Origin: Octopus sinensis
Lineage: Eukaryota
DNA length: 64,000 nt
Assembly (NCBI RefSeq): GCF_006345805.1
Contig: NC_043001.1
Coordinates: 101,370,001 to 101,434,000, forward strand
Reading direction: 5' to 3'
Position 1 is the first letter of the stretch; every line of letters starts with the position of its first letter. The notes below the pieces were generated by a model that saw only the letters and a program-made list of their open reading frames with translations, had not been told where the DNA came from and searched no databases. Positions 50,691 through 63,376 of this stretch are shown in pieces. A program made the translations under genes and the position numbers.

Positions 50691-51580
50691 TCCTTATATA
50701 TTGAAAAGCTTGCAAGACACAACGAAAATTTTAGTAAAAGTAAAAATAAAAATAAAATAACGAACTTTTTAAAAAAATTCTATTGACTAGCTTCCTGATT
50801 TCAGTACAACGTATTTCTGTAGTGGGTATAGAATAATATGTGGAAATTGACGATTTAAAAGTCTGTTATCAGCATATTGGCATGAAAATAATTTTTTTTT
50901 TTTGCCCTTGTTTATAAGTTGTTTGTAATTTTAACCTTTAAAGGTATTTTAATATGCTGCCACTTTTTGATGAATATTTTTCTGTAAAAAACTTCATCCT
51001 ATATTAGTAGTAGTAGTATATATATATATATATAGTAAAAATTATTTACCAACATAATGTGGCAGTCCTGGTTAGGTTGATTGTTACTGTTATTTAGCTA
51101 AACTCACTTGTTTGAAAATATAAGGACACAGATGGTGTATCGTATAGCCAGCTGAGGACAATGTTTCCTGGGACTAAGTAACAGTAACAATCGTCCTAAC
51201 CAGGACTGCCTCATTATATTGGCAAATAATCTTTACTCTAGAGTACTGTTACTGAATATCTCTCGTTCAGGGATTTAGAAATAATAATTTTCTGTTTATT
51301 AGATCCGGGACTGTGTGTCACTTTGAAAAGTATATGTTTCAAACTAGAGTTTAGTGACACAAATTTTAACTGAGCAGTTATTCTGTGCTGATGAAGAGAA
51401 ATAACCCAGAAACCATTGGTACACAGATATTGCTTTGATCTGTGTGTGTGTGTGTGTGTGTTTGTTTGTTTGTGTTTGTATTTATCCCCCCCCCACCATC
51501 GCTTGACACCCGATGCTGGTGTGTTTACATCCAAATCATGGCCATAGTCAAATGACTGAAACAAATAAAAGAATAAAAGA

Positions 51581-51676
<96 letters not shown>

Positions 51677-51702
51677 ATATATGCCTGCATATATATATAC
51701 AT

Positions 51703-51733
<31 letters not shown>

Positions 51734-54700
51734 CACACATATGCACATATATATGTACATATACCTCACACACATGTACTTATATGTACATATATTTACA
51801 TGGAAATAATGGAAAAAATTCCAGTAAATGCCACCAATTAAAATGAGACGTATTTTAAAGAGCTGAGAGGCAAAAAGCTTTCTAGTTTTTTTTTAATCAG
51901 AGCACTTCATGACCTCGTTCATTTAACAGCTTTTCAAACTCTGTTTAAGTGCAAACAAATACACCATTAATATTTTTGCTACACCTTATGAGAGTATCCC
52001 TCTTTTAAGTTTTTGCTATAATGTTTTGATTTTATTTATAATCCCTGTTTGTATTCTGAACCTATCTGTGTCATTCTCAATTCTTTGGAGAGTAGTTGGC
52101 ACCAGAAATGCATGATTTTCTTTATTAACTGTTTGTTCGCTTTTCATAGAATGGTAAAACCTCAGTTCATTTTTCTTGTTATTGTCCTGAGGAGGAACAT
52201 TTTGTTCCAGTTTTCATTTTCTGTGATTTCCTCTCTTCCCCCGCCCCTCACCTTTCATATTTTTGCCAAGCATTTGGGAATATTCATCGGTAACTGTCAT
52301 TTCTTTTTCATCAAACAATGAAATTGTGGCACCAAAAGAAGGTACAGTTAAGGGTGATTTCTGATACTGAGCCTAAAGATATTTTCTTTGTGGTCCCCAG
52401 GGTTTTGGCAGGTGGTGCTCTGCAAATTGTTCGTTGTTTTCTTTGCTGTATTTAGTTTTGTTTTCTTTGTTTTTGTTTATTCTTCCCAATTCTTCCATAC
52501 GCTCAATTCTAAAGTATGTTTTATTCTGACAAATCTAACAACTAGGCTTTCAGGCATATATCATTAATCTTACACCTATGTCTTGGAGTCTTCCACTAGA
52601 TACAGTTCCAATTAAGGGCCTGTGATATTTTTCCATGTCATTAGGATTTTGAGATTAGTACCTAGATATTGAATGTCTCCCATAGTAATTAACAACCAAA
52701 TATCAAAGCTTATAATGTGCAGAAAGAGTCCCTGTGAGACCTCTGACAGCAGGATGCTTATCTGCTCACACAGAATCTACCAGAACAAACAAGACCAAAT
52801 GTTCTGAGAAGTAAAACAATAATATGCTTTATTACATTACAGGTAATAACACCTGAGAAAATATTCTAATTAGTTTTAAAAAGATAGAGTGGTGTGTAAA
52901 GGAAATTTGGTTGTTGTTTCTCTCAGTTCTTCCTTTAGTTTAATATGCGGAGCTGGTTCTCTGGACAACTCCAAGAGATGTGTAGGCAAAATGGTCTTGA
53001 ACTTGTTTTTATCACAAGCAAGAACAGTTTGTCTGTAACTTGGTGGAGTGATTCTATATTAGACACTTTTGGAAAGTGGCAGGGAAGATATAGAATATGA
53101 AGAGGAAAACACCAGTTTATGAAGACGGAATATGTTATTGACTAGAATGTCGTTTGTGTCAGAAGTTTTTGGCAAAAACTAAGGATACGTTAATATTAGA
53201 AAAGAGATTGATGAAAGTAACAGAAAAGGCAAGATTTTTAAATTTCTAACATGTATTATCTAGAATAATTAAATTATTCTAGACAATTGGTTTCAAATTT
53301 TGATACAAGGCCAGTAATTCTGGGGGAAGGGAAACTCGATTATTCAACTGCTATTTATTTTATTCACTCCAAAAGGAAGAAAAACAAAAGTCAACCTTAG
53401 ACAAATTTGAACTCAGATCGGGAAGATAGACAAAATGCTGCAAAGTATTTTGCCTGGCATGCTAACAAATCTGCCAGCTTGCCATGTTACTTATGAAAAA
53501 AATTATTCTAAAATATTAGCGTTGCTCTGCACTAGAGTTGGAATTCTAAATTAAGGGTCTTAAAATCTTTATCCGTCATCATCCTCATTTGATGGTTTGA
53601 TAAATCAAACCAGGAATACTTTCCACTGCCTCTTCATCTTCCTTACATGGACTTTTCCCTATTTCCAATTTCCAAGTTCCCTTGCAAGGCTTTTGGTTGG
53701 CCAAGGCTTTAGCAGAAGCCATTTGCTGAAGGTGCCATCTAAAGAAACTGAACTGCTTCTGATTCAAACTTCTCAGATGCATATCTATGCTGGCATTGCC
53801 AACTTCCATCATCGTCAGTGTCATCGTCATAATTTAAGGCCCATTTTCCATACTGGCATGGGTTGCACAGTTCGACAGGAGCTAGCAAAGCTAGAGCACT
53901 GTACCAGGCTCCATTGTTCTGGCGAGTTCTCTACAGCTGGATGCCCTTCCTAATTGCAACTGCTTTACAGATTGTTCTGGGGGCTTTTTATGTGTCACCA
54001 GCACAGGAGCTTTTTATGTGGTGCCAGCATGGATGATTCATCACCAGTGTTCTTTACGTGACACCAGTACAGGTGCTTTTTACATTTAGAAATTATGTTT
54101 CCGAGTTCAAATTGAATATGAAACCATGAATATACTGAAAAATGAGAAACTGATGATTATTAAAATTTCGATTCTATCGTAATATAAATGTATGAGGTGA
54201 ACAGTTCAGAAAGCATTAATTAAAAAGAAAGGTGTTTATTTCCAAGTAAAAATGTCTACTTTCAAGATGGCATATTGATACTAAATTATCCCTTCTCTCT
54301 TAAACACACGAGATGTCCAAATTCCCATAATTCAAGCATCGCTATGTAGAGTTAGTTTGAAAAAGAGATTAGCATTTTTTCATGGAAACACTTCTTTTTA
54401 ATTTCCTATTTGCAACTGATGGCGACAGATTAGAAATAATTGTGCAAAGATGGTGCTAAGATAATTCTAAATTACATTGACCCACGGTAGCACTTTCAAT
54501 TTCAAAACAAATCTGTTATATAATTGTCAACATTCGGTTTCATTTGATTATTGCATTCCTTTCTGCCTTTTAAATTGCTTAACAGCTGCACACAATGGCA
54601 TTTATTGAATTCCACTGATTCCATATTGTTTTTTTTATCCAAGTGACACATATGAATATATCATTTATAAAAGTACAAATTTCTAGGATTTTAGGAACAT

Positions 54701-55678
54701 TTATTCTCTGACAGACTTCCTAAATGTCTGGGAATATTTCAGGAACCTTGTAATCTAATCTCCCAGTGAAAGAACTATTAGAGTCTAGATTCATTGATTA
54801 TAAGATGCATGAGCACAATTGTTCCGAGGTCAGAGAGATGACTAAATGGCCAATGGTGCAAACCTTGCTAGGGTCATTGCTTTGTACTGTTATGGAAAAG
54901 TTCAAAACTATGCGTCTTTCAGTTTTCTTGATAGGGAAATTTTGCTACTCATATTTCATAGTTAAGTGCTGTATGGCTTGGAAGGGTTTAGAACTGCAAA
55001 AGCCAATTGTTTCAGTATGCAATCATACGCATAGTTTCTTTTTACTTTGAAACAAGTACATGCATTGCTTCATGTAAAATGTTAGATTATAAAAGAAAAA
55101 ACTCCAGCTTTTGAGGGGTTGGGCATATGGATATGTCGAAGGACTGTAAAGGAGGGAGAGGTGTATGCACACCATGTGTGTGTGTGTGTGTGTGTGAAAG
55201 TTGGTATGTTTGTCTTTAAGTATCTGTAGCTAGACATTACTTGTATACTTAAAGCATGCAACAATGACACTTTTTCAGTGATGTTAATGTTTACAGCCAG
55301 CATAAAAACATGCTCAGCTTGTGTTGTTCAAGATGTGAAAGACCAGAAAAATAAGAGAACATGATAGGTTTCAAGGGAGTGTTGGCAACAGGTAAAGCAT
55401 CCAGCTGTAGAAAAGCTGCCGCAAGTTATATCTAAATCATGCCATCATGGGAAAAGCACCAGCATGGGTGCTTTTTACATGGTGCCAGCACTCACAGGCT
55501 TACAAGGCAAGGATCTCTCAACTGAGAGAGGGAGTGAAAGTGTGAGATTAAAAATCAATATTCTATGATTAGTGATCAATAGTCTATGCCATCAACAACA
55601 ACCATTAAACTTCAGTTTCTTTCTTTTGATAATACAAATCTTTAATGTGTAGAATCATTCCTTTTTGTTCCGTTTCAT

Positions 55679-56226
55679 TATAGCTGTTTTCGATCTAATT
55701 TGGATTCTTTGCCATCAAATTTGAATTCTTTGCAATCGAATTTGAATTTTTCAATTGGTGCTCAAGCCTTGAAAAAAAAAAGAGAGTTAAACTACATCAG
55801 CCATAAGGGAATACGTGTCTATCTTATCTAACTCGTCCAGTAGAGCCCACCAATTGATATCGGGAAAGTTCAATTAAATAACTCATGAACACTGCTATAG
55901 CTTCTACAAAACAATGATCCATTATGTCGACGGGTCTGAACAAGGGGAGATGATGAATGTATGATTCTTTTTCTAATATCTCCCCTTGTTCAGACCAGTC
56001 GACATAATGGAGCATCTTTTGGCAGAAGCTATGGCAAAGTTCATGAGTTATTTCATCGAACTTTTCAGATATCAATTGGTGGGCTCTACTGGATGAGTTA
56101 GATAAGATAGACATGTATTCCCTTACGGCTGATGTAATTTAAGTCTTTTTTTTTCAAGGTTTGAGCACCAATTGAAAAATTCAAATTTGATGGCAAAGAA
56201 TCTAAACTATATCGAAAACATCTATA
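55679..56226. repeat. Large fold-back palindrome (~250-bp arms, ~25-nt spacer)
   Basis: 55679-55951 is the reverse complement of ~55977-56226. The left arm has an extra ~23-bp internal duplication. Confidence 0.9.
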
Positions 56227-56555
56227 TTTCCAGTCTTACATCTCCTTCCATCATAGACTTCTACTCACATATTCATCCTAAGTACAAGCCTCTGCCACAT
56301 TAACCCCCAGCATGGAACAGCAATATTTAACCTCAGCATTGAGTAATGCACCTATATTCACTTTCAACATGGAGTACAGTACCAATATTTCCTATCAACT
56401 TAGTATTTTGCTCTTATATCAACACCCAGCATGCAGTATTAACCCTCAACATGCAACACTGCTCCTATATTTACCTCCCATGTTGAGTGATGTTTTTGTA
56501 TTGTCATAATTCCTAACATATTACTGTCGCTCACAAAATAAAATCTGTCACTATA

Positions 56556-56721
56556 GGCGTAGGAGTGGCTGTGTGGTAAGTAGCTTGCTAACGAACCACA
56601 TGGTTCTGGGTTTAGTTCCACTCCATGGCACCTTGAGACAAGTGTCTTCTACTATAGCTTCAGGCTGACCAAAGCCTTGTGAGTGGATTTGGTAGACAGA
56701 AACTGAAAGAAGCCCGTCGTA

Positions 56722-56778
<57 letters not shown>

Positions 56779-56960
56779 GTTTGTGTCTGTGTTTGTCACC
56801 CCAACATCGCTTGACAACCGATGCTGGTGTGTTTACATCCCTGTAACTTAGCGGTTCGGCAAAAAAAGAGACCAATAGAATAAGTACTAGGCTTACACAG
56901 AATAAGTCCTGGGGTTGATTTGCTCGACTAAAGGTGGTGCTCCAGCATGGCCACAGTCAA
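56556..56960 (+). mobile_element. Full-length main SINE
   Basis: Colinear with 49783-50189. Confidence 0.9.
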
Positions 56961-58282
56961 CCCTCATCAAACAGACTCTTGATTAAAAGAGGTTCTAGCC
57001 ACGACATTTTCATTTTTGGTGGATATTTTGAAATACATTACTTTTAGCAGGAATATTTGGCAGTCCCGAAATACTTAGGAATCTCACCAGTTTGCTGAGG
57101 TCCAACAATCAGGTAATCAATGGCAATTGGCTGATCTAATCTCTGGCAGAAATCATTGTATCAGCAGAAAAACAATTTGCTTAATTATTGAAGACATCAC
57201 TAAGAAAACTGACCATTCAAACATCTGGGAAACAGGATCTTATCAGGAAGTTGCCTTTTCTCGCCTCTTTTTCTTGGACAGACACAAACTATAAATAGAA
57301 TTTTGTTGTTTTCTTTGGCCACTAGCAAGTAATGGGACATAGACTTGACATGCTGCTGGACAGTCCACTTGAGTCCTTTTCCAGTGATGAAATTTTATTC
57401 CAATGTAAATATCTTTTCTGTTGTTCCTAGTAACAATAATATATAATTGTTATCGATAAAAACAAATATTTTTGCAGTTAAAATCTAAACAGGATTTATG
57501 TTCTTTCCATTGACTTCAACTCAGCCGAGAAATCACACCGTTCATTACTATCATCATCAGCATCATCATCTTTTAATGTCCTCCTTCCATGTTGGCATGG
57601 GTTGGATGGTTTGACAGGAGCTGCTCTAGCAGAAGACTTCTGTGTCTGTTTTGGCATGATTTTTATGGCTGGATGCCCTTCCTGATACCATCCACCCCAC
57701 AGAGCATGATGAGTACTTTTTACATGGCACCAGCACAAGCGAGGTCAGTTTTGGCATGGTTTGTTTTACAGCTGGATGCCTTTCCAAATGAGGCATTAAG
57801 CTGTAAATTATTGTTACCAGAAATCAGAAATATTTTATCATTACAACCTAATGTTTGTCTTAATTTTTAAAGACGATAGACTGTGATCTGAGGAAGATCT
57901 GGCTGTTATTTCATGTAAGAACACCTTCATGGCTTGTCTACTTTGTGTATTTACAATGGAAGATTCTAGCTGAGCACCAACTGCATCATATTTCAATCGA
58001 GGAAAGATCTGTGAAAAACCATGGACAAGGACTTTTCTATTTGGACAAGTTAATAAAAGCAAACATTTACAACAATGACTGTCGCACTGTATGGAAGAAT
58101 TGGTAGAGTGCCAAGCAAATAACTGCTTTATTTAGTTCTGTCTCTCATCATTCTGTGTTCAAATCCTATTTGGAGTAGATGCCCTAAGATTATGCACAAA
58201 TTCAGTAATGAGGCCAGTTCTATTGATTGCACCCACCTTCAAACGTTTGTACTTCATGTCTATTTGAGAAATAATTATAACA

Positions 58283-58587
58283 AATTATTTACATTATTTA
58301 CATTTGTCCTCATCTTGTTTGTTGTTAACACAACGTTTCGGCTGATATACCCTCCAGCCTTCATCAGGTGTCTTGGAGAAATTTTGAACCTGGGTTCTCA
58401 TTCCTAAGGTATTTTTCGATGTTGTTATTATTATTATTATTATTATTATCGTTATTATTAGTATTGTTATTATTCAGGTCACTGCCTGGAATTGAACTCG
58501 GAATCTTGGGGTTAGTAGCTTGTGATCTTAACCACTATGCCATATGCCCGTGGGCATATCCATCAAATGTAAATAATGTGCATAATT
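58283..58587 (-). mobile_element. tRNA-headed, hammerhead-containing short element with terminal inverted repeats
   Basis: IR 58283-58306 / 58564-58587 (22 of 24 match); tRNA-like head 58549-58476; (AAT)n-like spacer; hammerhead 58372-58327. Confidence 0.85.
58327..58372 (-). ncRNA. Minimal type I hammerhead ribozyme, fully intact
   Basis: GACAC-CTGATGA-A-GGCTG-GAGGGTATAT-CAGCC-GAAAC-GTT-GTGTT. Stem I GACAC/GUGUU, stem II GGCUG/CAGCC, self-complementary AACGUU in place of stem III. Confidence 0.9.
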
Positions 58588-59034
58588 CCTCATGTCATAA
58601 ATATAGAACTGAATTATAACAGAGTTTACATTTCTCAGAACATACTCTCTTTCCATCACATTCCACTTAGACACACCTAATAAATCCAATTCTTTTCTTT
58701 CCGGAATTTTTTACTCTCTATCATTCATTTTAGCACCAAATTAGTCACTTAGGAATGTATTCTTTTGAACCAAGCTTTGAAGGAGGTTCATGCTTTCCCA
58801 ACAGTTTTAGTTGTGCAAAATTGGATGTTAGATTCAAGTAGAATCAAAATCATTTTTCTAGTCTCTGTACCAAAGGCTGTTCGACCAATACTTTTCAGTG
58901 CTCATGAAGAAAAAAAAATCAAGTGAAGGAGCCTCTATGTGGTAATTCAACTTCCTAGAAATTTCAGCTAAATCTTTCTCTCAAATTAAACCTTTCTCTA
59001 TTAAATTTAAATATTTAGGGCACACTGGATAATG

Positions 59035-59154
59035 CAGCATTTCTCAACCAGGGTTCCCCAGAATCCTAGGGTTCTGCAAAAAGTTCCTAGGGGTTCCGCA
59101 AGAAAGAGTGAGATAAGCTAATACTTATTTGATGATATATAATTATATATATAT

Positions 59155-59207
<53 letters not shown>

Positions 59208-59550
59208 ATATATATATATATATATATATATGTGGAAAAAAAAATCAAGATAGAAAATGCTAAAATAATTCATTAAAAGTCATTTCAGTATCAGTTTCAA
59301 TCATTGAGACTTTTTCAACTGTAATAATTAAACAATTAAATTTTAAAAAATTAAAAGAGAAATTTTTTTAAAGAATATTTGTATAATGTATTTATATATA
59401 TATATATATATATGATATTTACAATGTGAACTACGATGCAAAAAATATGAGAAAGATATTATATATAATTGTTTTTTTTGTGCAGGGATTCCTTGATACA
59501 TGCATTTTATTTTAAGGGTTGCACAAGGGTAAAAAGATTGAGAAACGCTG
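59035..59550. mobile_element. hAT (Charlie-like) MITE with internal (GAT)n/(TA)n
   Basis: TIR CAGCATTTCTCAACC / GATTGAGAAACGCTG (13 of 15 match); 8-bp TSD-like GGATAATG / GAGTAATG (6 of 8 match). Confidence 0.8.
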
Positions 59551-60428
59551 GAGTAATGTATTTTCAGATACACTGTTTGAATAGAAGCTGCAGTATTTTA
59601 CTGTAAGAGTTTGATGACAGACAAGTCTACTCCCTCATTACAGACCTGGGCTTAAATAACATAACAGATAATCAAACTAATACAAGAGCCTCCACAGAGC
59701 CACTCACTCTACTAGAAATAGCAAGTAAATTTTCCACAACAACAGCAAAAAGAAGTACAAGTTAGAAAAGTACCCTGTGACTGAAAATAAGATTCAATGT
59801 TTACAGCTGGAAGACTTTTGGTATGATGTGAGGGAGATAATGATGGTTATTTGTAGCAAACTGAGAAGCTGCATAGAGGACCACGGAATGGTTAAATTTA
59901 TGGTTCTGTTTATTGATTTATCAAACCAAGATATTTCCCTCAATATAAAAAAAAAAAATTAATTTACAGAAATCAAATTGTTGTCCTTAAAACATCTTCT
60001 GTCATCTCCATTATTGCAGGTTATTTCATTGCAAGTGATATCATTATCTCTTTTGGTATTGCTTCCATTCCAGTAAACGGTAGAGGGGAGGCTGGGGGAG
60101 CTGCCTATACTTGACACATTACATTGAGGGGAAACTTCCCAAACTGTCCTGTTTACTCATAACACACTGCTTCTTCTTTATTTCCCTGGAGGAACAAATT
60201 GAATGCCCATATATCTTCCAGGTCTTATATAGACTGGGGGAGGCAAATAATTGGATGAAATTAATAAAATTAGTGGTTAAATGGGTGTGTGCTTGGATGT
60301 AAAACATTGGCATTATGATAGTTTCCAGGTTGCTGTTGCTTAGCATTTGGTTAGCCTGATTGAGCTGCGCTCAAAGGCATTCCAACCATGGTTATCCAGT
60401 TTAATTTCTCTTTCTTTTTTCATGGATA

Positions 60429-61000
60429 GGCACAGGTATGGCTGTGTGGTAAGAAGCTTGCTTCCTAACCACATCGTTCTAGGTTCAGTCCCACTGTGTG
60501 GGCACATTGGGCATATTTAACTATAGCCTTGGCCCAACCAAAGCATTCGGTAAGTGGATTTGGTAGAAGGAAACTGAAAGGAGCCTGCCACATATGTGTG
60601 TGTGTGTGAATTTGTGAGTGTTCGTGTGTGCATGTGTGTGTGTGTGTCCATGTGTCCATGTGTGTTTTTGTTTGTGTTTGTGTGTGTGTGTGTGTGTTTG
60701 TATGAATTTGTCTTTGTGTTTGTGCATTTGTGTGTGTGTGTATGCATGTGTGTATGCGTGTGTGTATTTATGTGTTTGTGTGTTTGTGTGTGAGTGTGTG
60801 TATTTTTGTATTTGACTCCCACCCCTGCTTGATAAACTAGCATTAGTGTCTTTACAACACCATAACTTAGCAGTGTAGCAAAAGAGATTGATGGAATAAA
60901 TGCCAGGCTTAAAAACAATAAATAGAGGGGTCAATTCATTCAACAAAGGAGCTTGTCAAGGTGCTGCCCCAGCATGGCCACAGTCTAATAACTAAAGCAA
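60429..61000 (+). mobile_element. Main SINE with an expanded (~220 bp) internal TG tract
   Basis: Head and tail colinear with 49783-50189. Confidence 0.85.
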
Positions 61001-61065
61001 AAATGAAAAGACAACAGTGCATCAAGACCTTCATTATTTAGTCTTCTGCATCTTTTTTTTTCTAT

Positions 61066-61228
61066 GGTGCAGGAGTGGCTGTGTGGTAAGTAGCTTGCTT
61101 ACCAACCACATGGTTCTGGGTTCAGTCCCACTGCATGGCACCTTGGGCAAGAGTCTTCTACTATAGCCTCGGGCTGACCAAAGCCTTGTGAGTGGATTTA
61201 GTAGACAGAAACTGAAAGAAGTCCATCG

Positions 61229-61259
<31 letters not shown>

Positions 61260-61467
61260 CTGTGTTTGTCTCCCCAACATCTCTTGACAACCAATGCTGG
61301 TGCATTCACATTCCCGTAACTTAGCGGTTCAGCAAAAGAGACTGATAGAATAAGTACCAGGCTTTCAAAGAATAAGCCCTGGTGTCAATTTGCTCGACTA
61401 AAGGCAGTACTCCAGCATGGCCACAGTCAAATGACTGAAAGAAGTAAAAAGAAAAAAAAGTAAAAGA
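61066..61467 (+). mobile_element. Full-length main SINE
   Basis: Colinear with 49783-50189. Confidence 0.9.
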
Positions 61468-61822
61468 GCAAATGGCAGAGCATGACTTCTGACTGTTCTA
61501 GCGATCAAATAGAAGCTCTTGATTGAGTCAACAGTCTTACTCGTTAGAGACGTTCCTGAATGAGTGGAGGTAATGTATGCAGGCAGAAATGGCCATAAAC
61601 TTCATCGAGACAAATTTATTATTCATTTTCAAACAAATGACCTTTGTGTATTCATCAAAAATACTTGCTTTAATCTCAGCTGGGATATTAGTTACTAGAC
61701 CTCAAAGAGTATTATTCAATTCGTTTCATATAAATTTCTGAATTTTCTATTTGGGTTTAAAATTAACTAATTAAAACATATACATCTTCAGCACATTTCT
61801 ATACTATAATCTCCATAGAGAA

Positions 61823-61870
<48 letters not shown>

Positions 61871-62493
61871 TAGATATATGTGTGTGTGTGTGTATGTATA
61901 CACATATATACATTTATATATATATGTATATATATATATATATGTATGTATATATATATGGTATACACAATCAAAGCAATATAATTAAAATAGCCATCTA
62001 TGTATCATACTTAATCTATACACACAGTCAATGGGCCAGTTACTGCAGTATTTGCTTTGAGGTAACACCTCTTATGGATTAGCTGTGTTAAAAATACAAT
62101 AAATATCAGAAAGAGATATAAATTTGCCCCTTCTGTGGCCAGCAGGAGCACCAGGTGAATTTCTCCATTTTCGGACATTTTCAGTGCAGTGTGCTTGCAG
62201 CCAGCCACATTTTCAAAGGAGAATTCTTCATTTCTGATACAGGAAAGAGTGAATAAGATATTCACTGGTGTTGCAAATAACTGCCTGGCCAATTTTAGGA
62301 AAGTTATGAGGAAGCAAACTCATTGGTAACATCATCATCATCATCTTTTAGCGTCCATTTTCCATCCTTGCACACCTCTTATGCCCAGCTTTTCTCTCAG
62401 GATGCTTACATTCTGTTGTGCATGTACATTAACAATGCCCATCCAACAAAGTATACTAGCTTCATTTCTTTCAAGCCTACACACATCCTCAGT

Positions 62494-62840
62494 GGGCACA
62501 GCCCCTACTTAAGAGTGGTTAAGTGTGCGGGCTACTAACCCCAGGATTCCGAGTTCGATTCCAAGCAGTGAACTGAACAATAATAATAATAATAATAATA
62601 ATGATAATAATAATAATAATAATAATAATAAATCATACGTATTGAGAAGAGCATTGTCGATGTGAGAACTATTACTACCCATGTATTTTAATTTAACTTT
62701 AAAAAAAAAAAATGAACGAACTAGTGAGTTTAGTTTAATGGCCTACCAATGTATACTATGAGTTTCTTTGCCCTATGAATCAGGAAGACACTCGGCAAGA
62801 AATGGAAGCAAATTTGAAAGAAGCGAAAAAAAAAAAAAAA

Positions 62841-62914
<74 letters not shown>

Positions 62915-62933
62915 TGATAATAATAATAATAAC

Positions 62934-63023
<90 letters not shown>

Positions 63024-63170
63024 TCAAAAAATACCTTAGGAATGAGAGCCCAGGTTCGAAATTTCCCCAAGACACCTGATGAAGGCTGGAGGGTATATTA
63101 ACTGAAATGTTGTGTTAACAACAAACAAGATGAGGACAAATACCCGTCAAATGTAAATAGTGTAAATAAT
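62494..63170 (+). mobile_element. Second copy of the tRNA-head/(AAT)n/hammerhead element, interrupted
   Basis: Head 62494-62574 (B-box GAGTTCGATTCC); (AAT)n; ~200-bp A-tailed insert; (AAT)n 62841-63020; tail 63021-63170 with decayed hammerhead GACAC-CTGATGA-..-GAAATGTT-GTGTT (63071-63116). Confidence 0.8.
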
Positions 63171-63329
63171 ATACAACCCCTAATTGTACCCTAAATTCAT
63201 CACTATACTCATTGCTAACCTTTACCTTACTGACAGCATCCCTGTAAATGGCTTATACAGCTCTCACCAACCATTCATCTGTCCTTATTTTCTGTCTTGA
63301 CCACCAGATCACACAAATAAAAATACAAG

Positions 63330-63376
<47 letters not shown>

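Noticed and set aside
58476-58549. tRNA gene call (also 62494-62574 and the other SINE heads)
   Set aside because: Stems are mismatched and the sequence continues into repeat bodies with no oligo-T terminator; these are SINE heads.
60016-60115. Possible exon after TTATTGCAG (GYFIASDIIISFGIASIPVNG..)
   Set aside because: No recognisable homology, weak donor sites, and an in-frame stop soon after.
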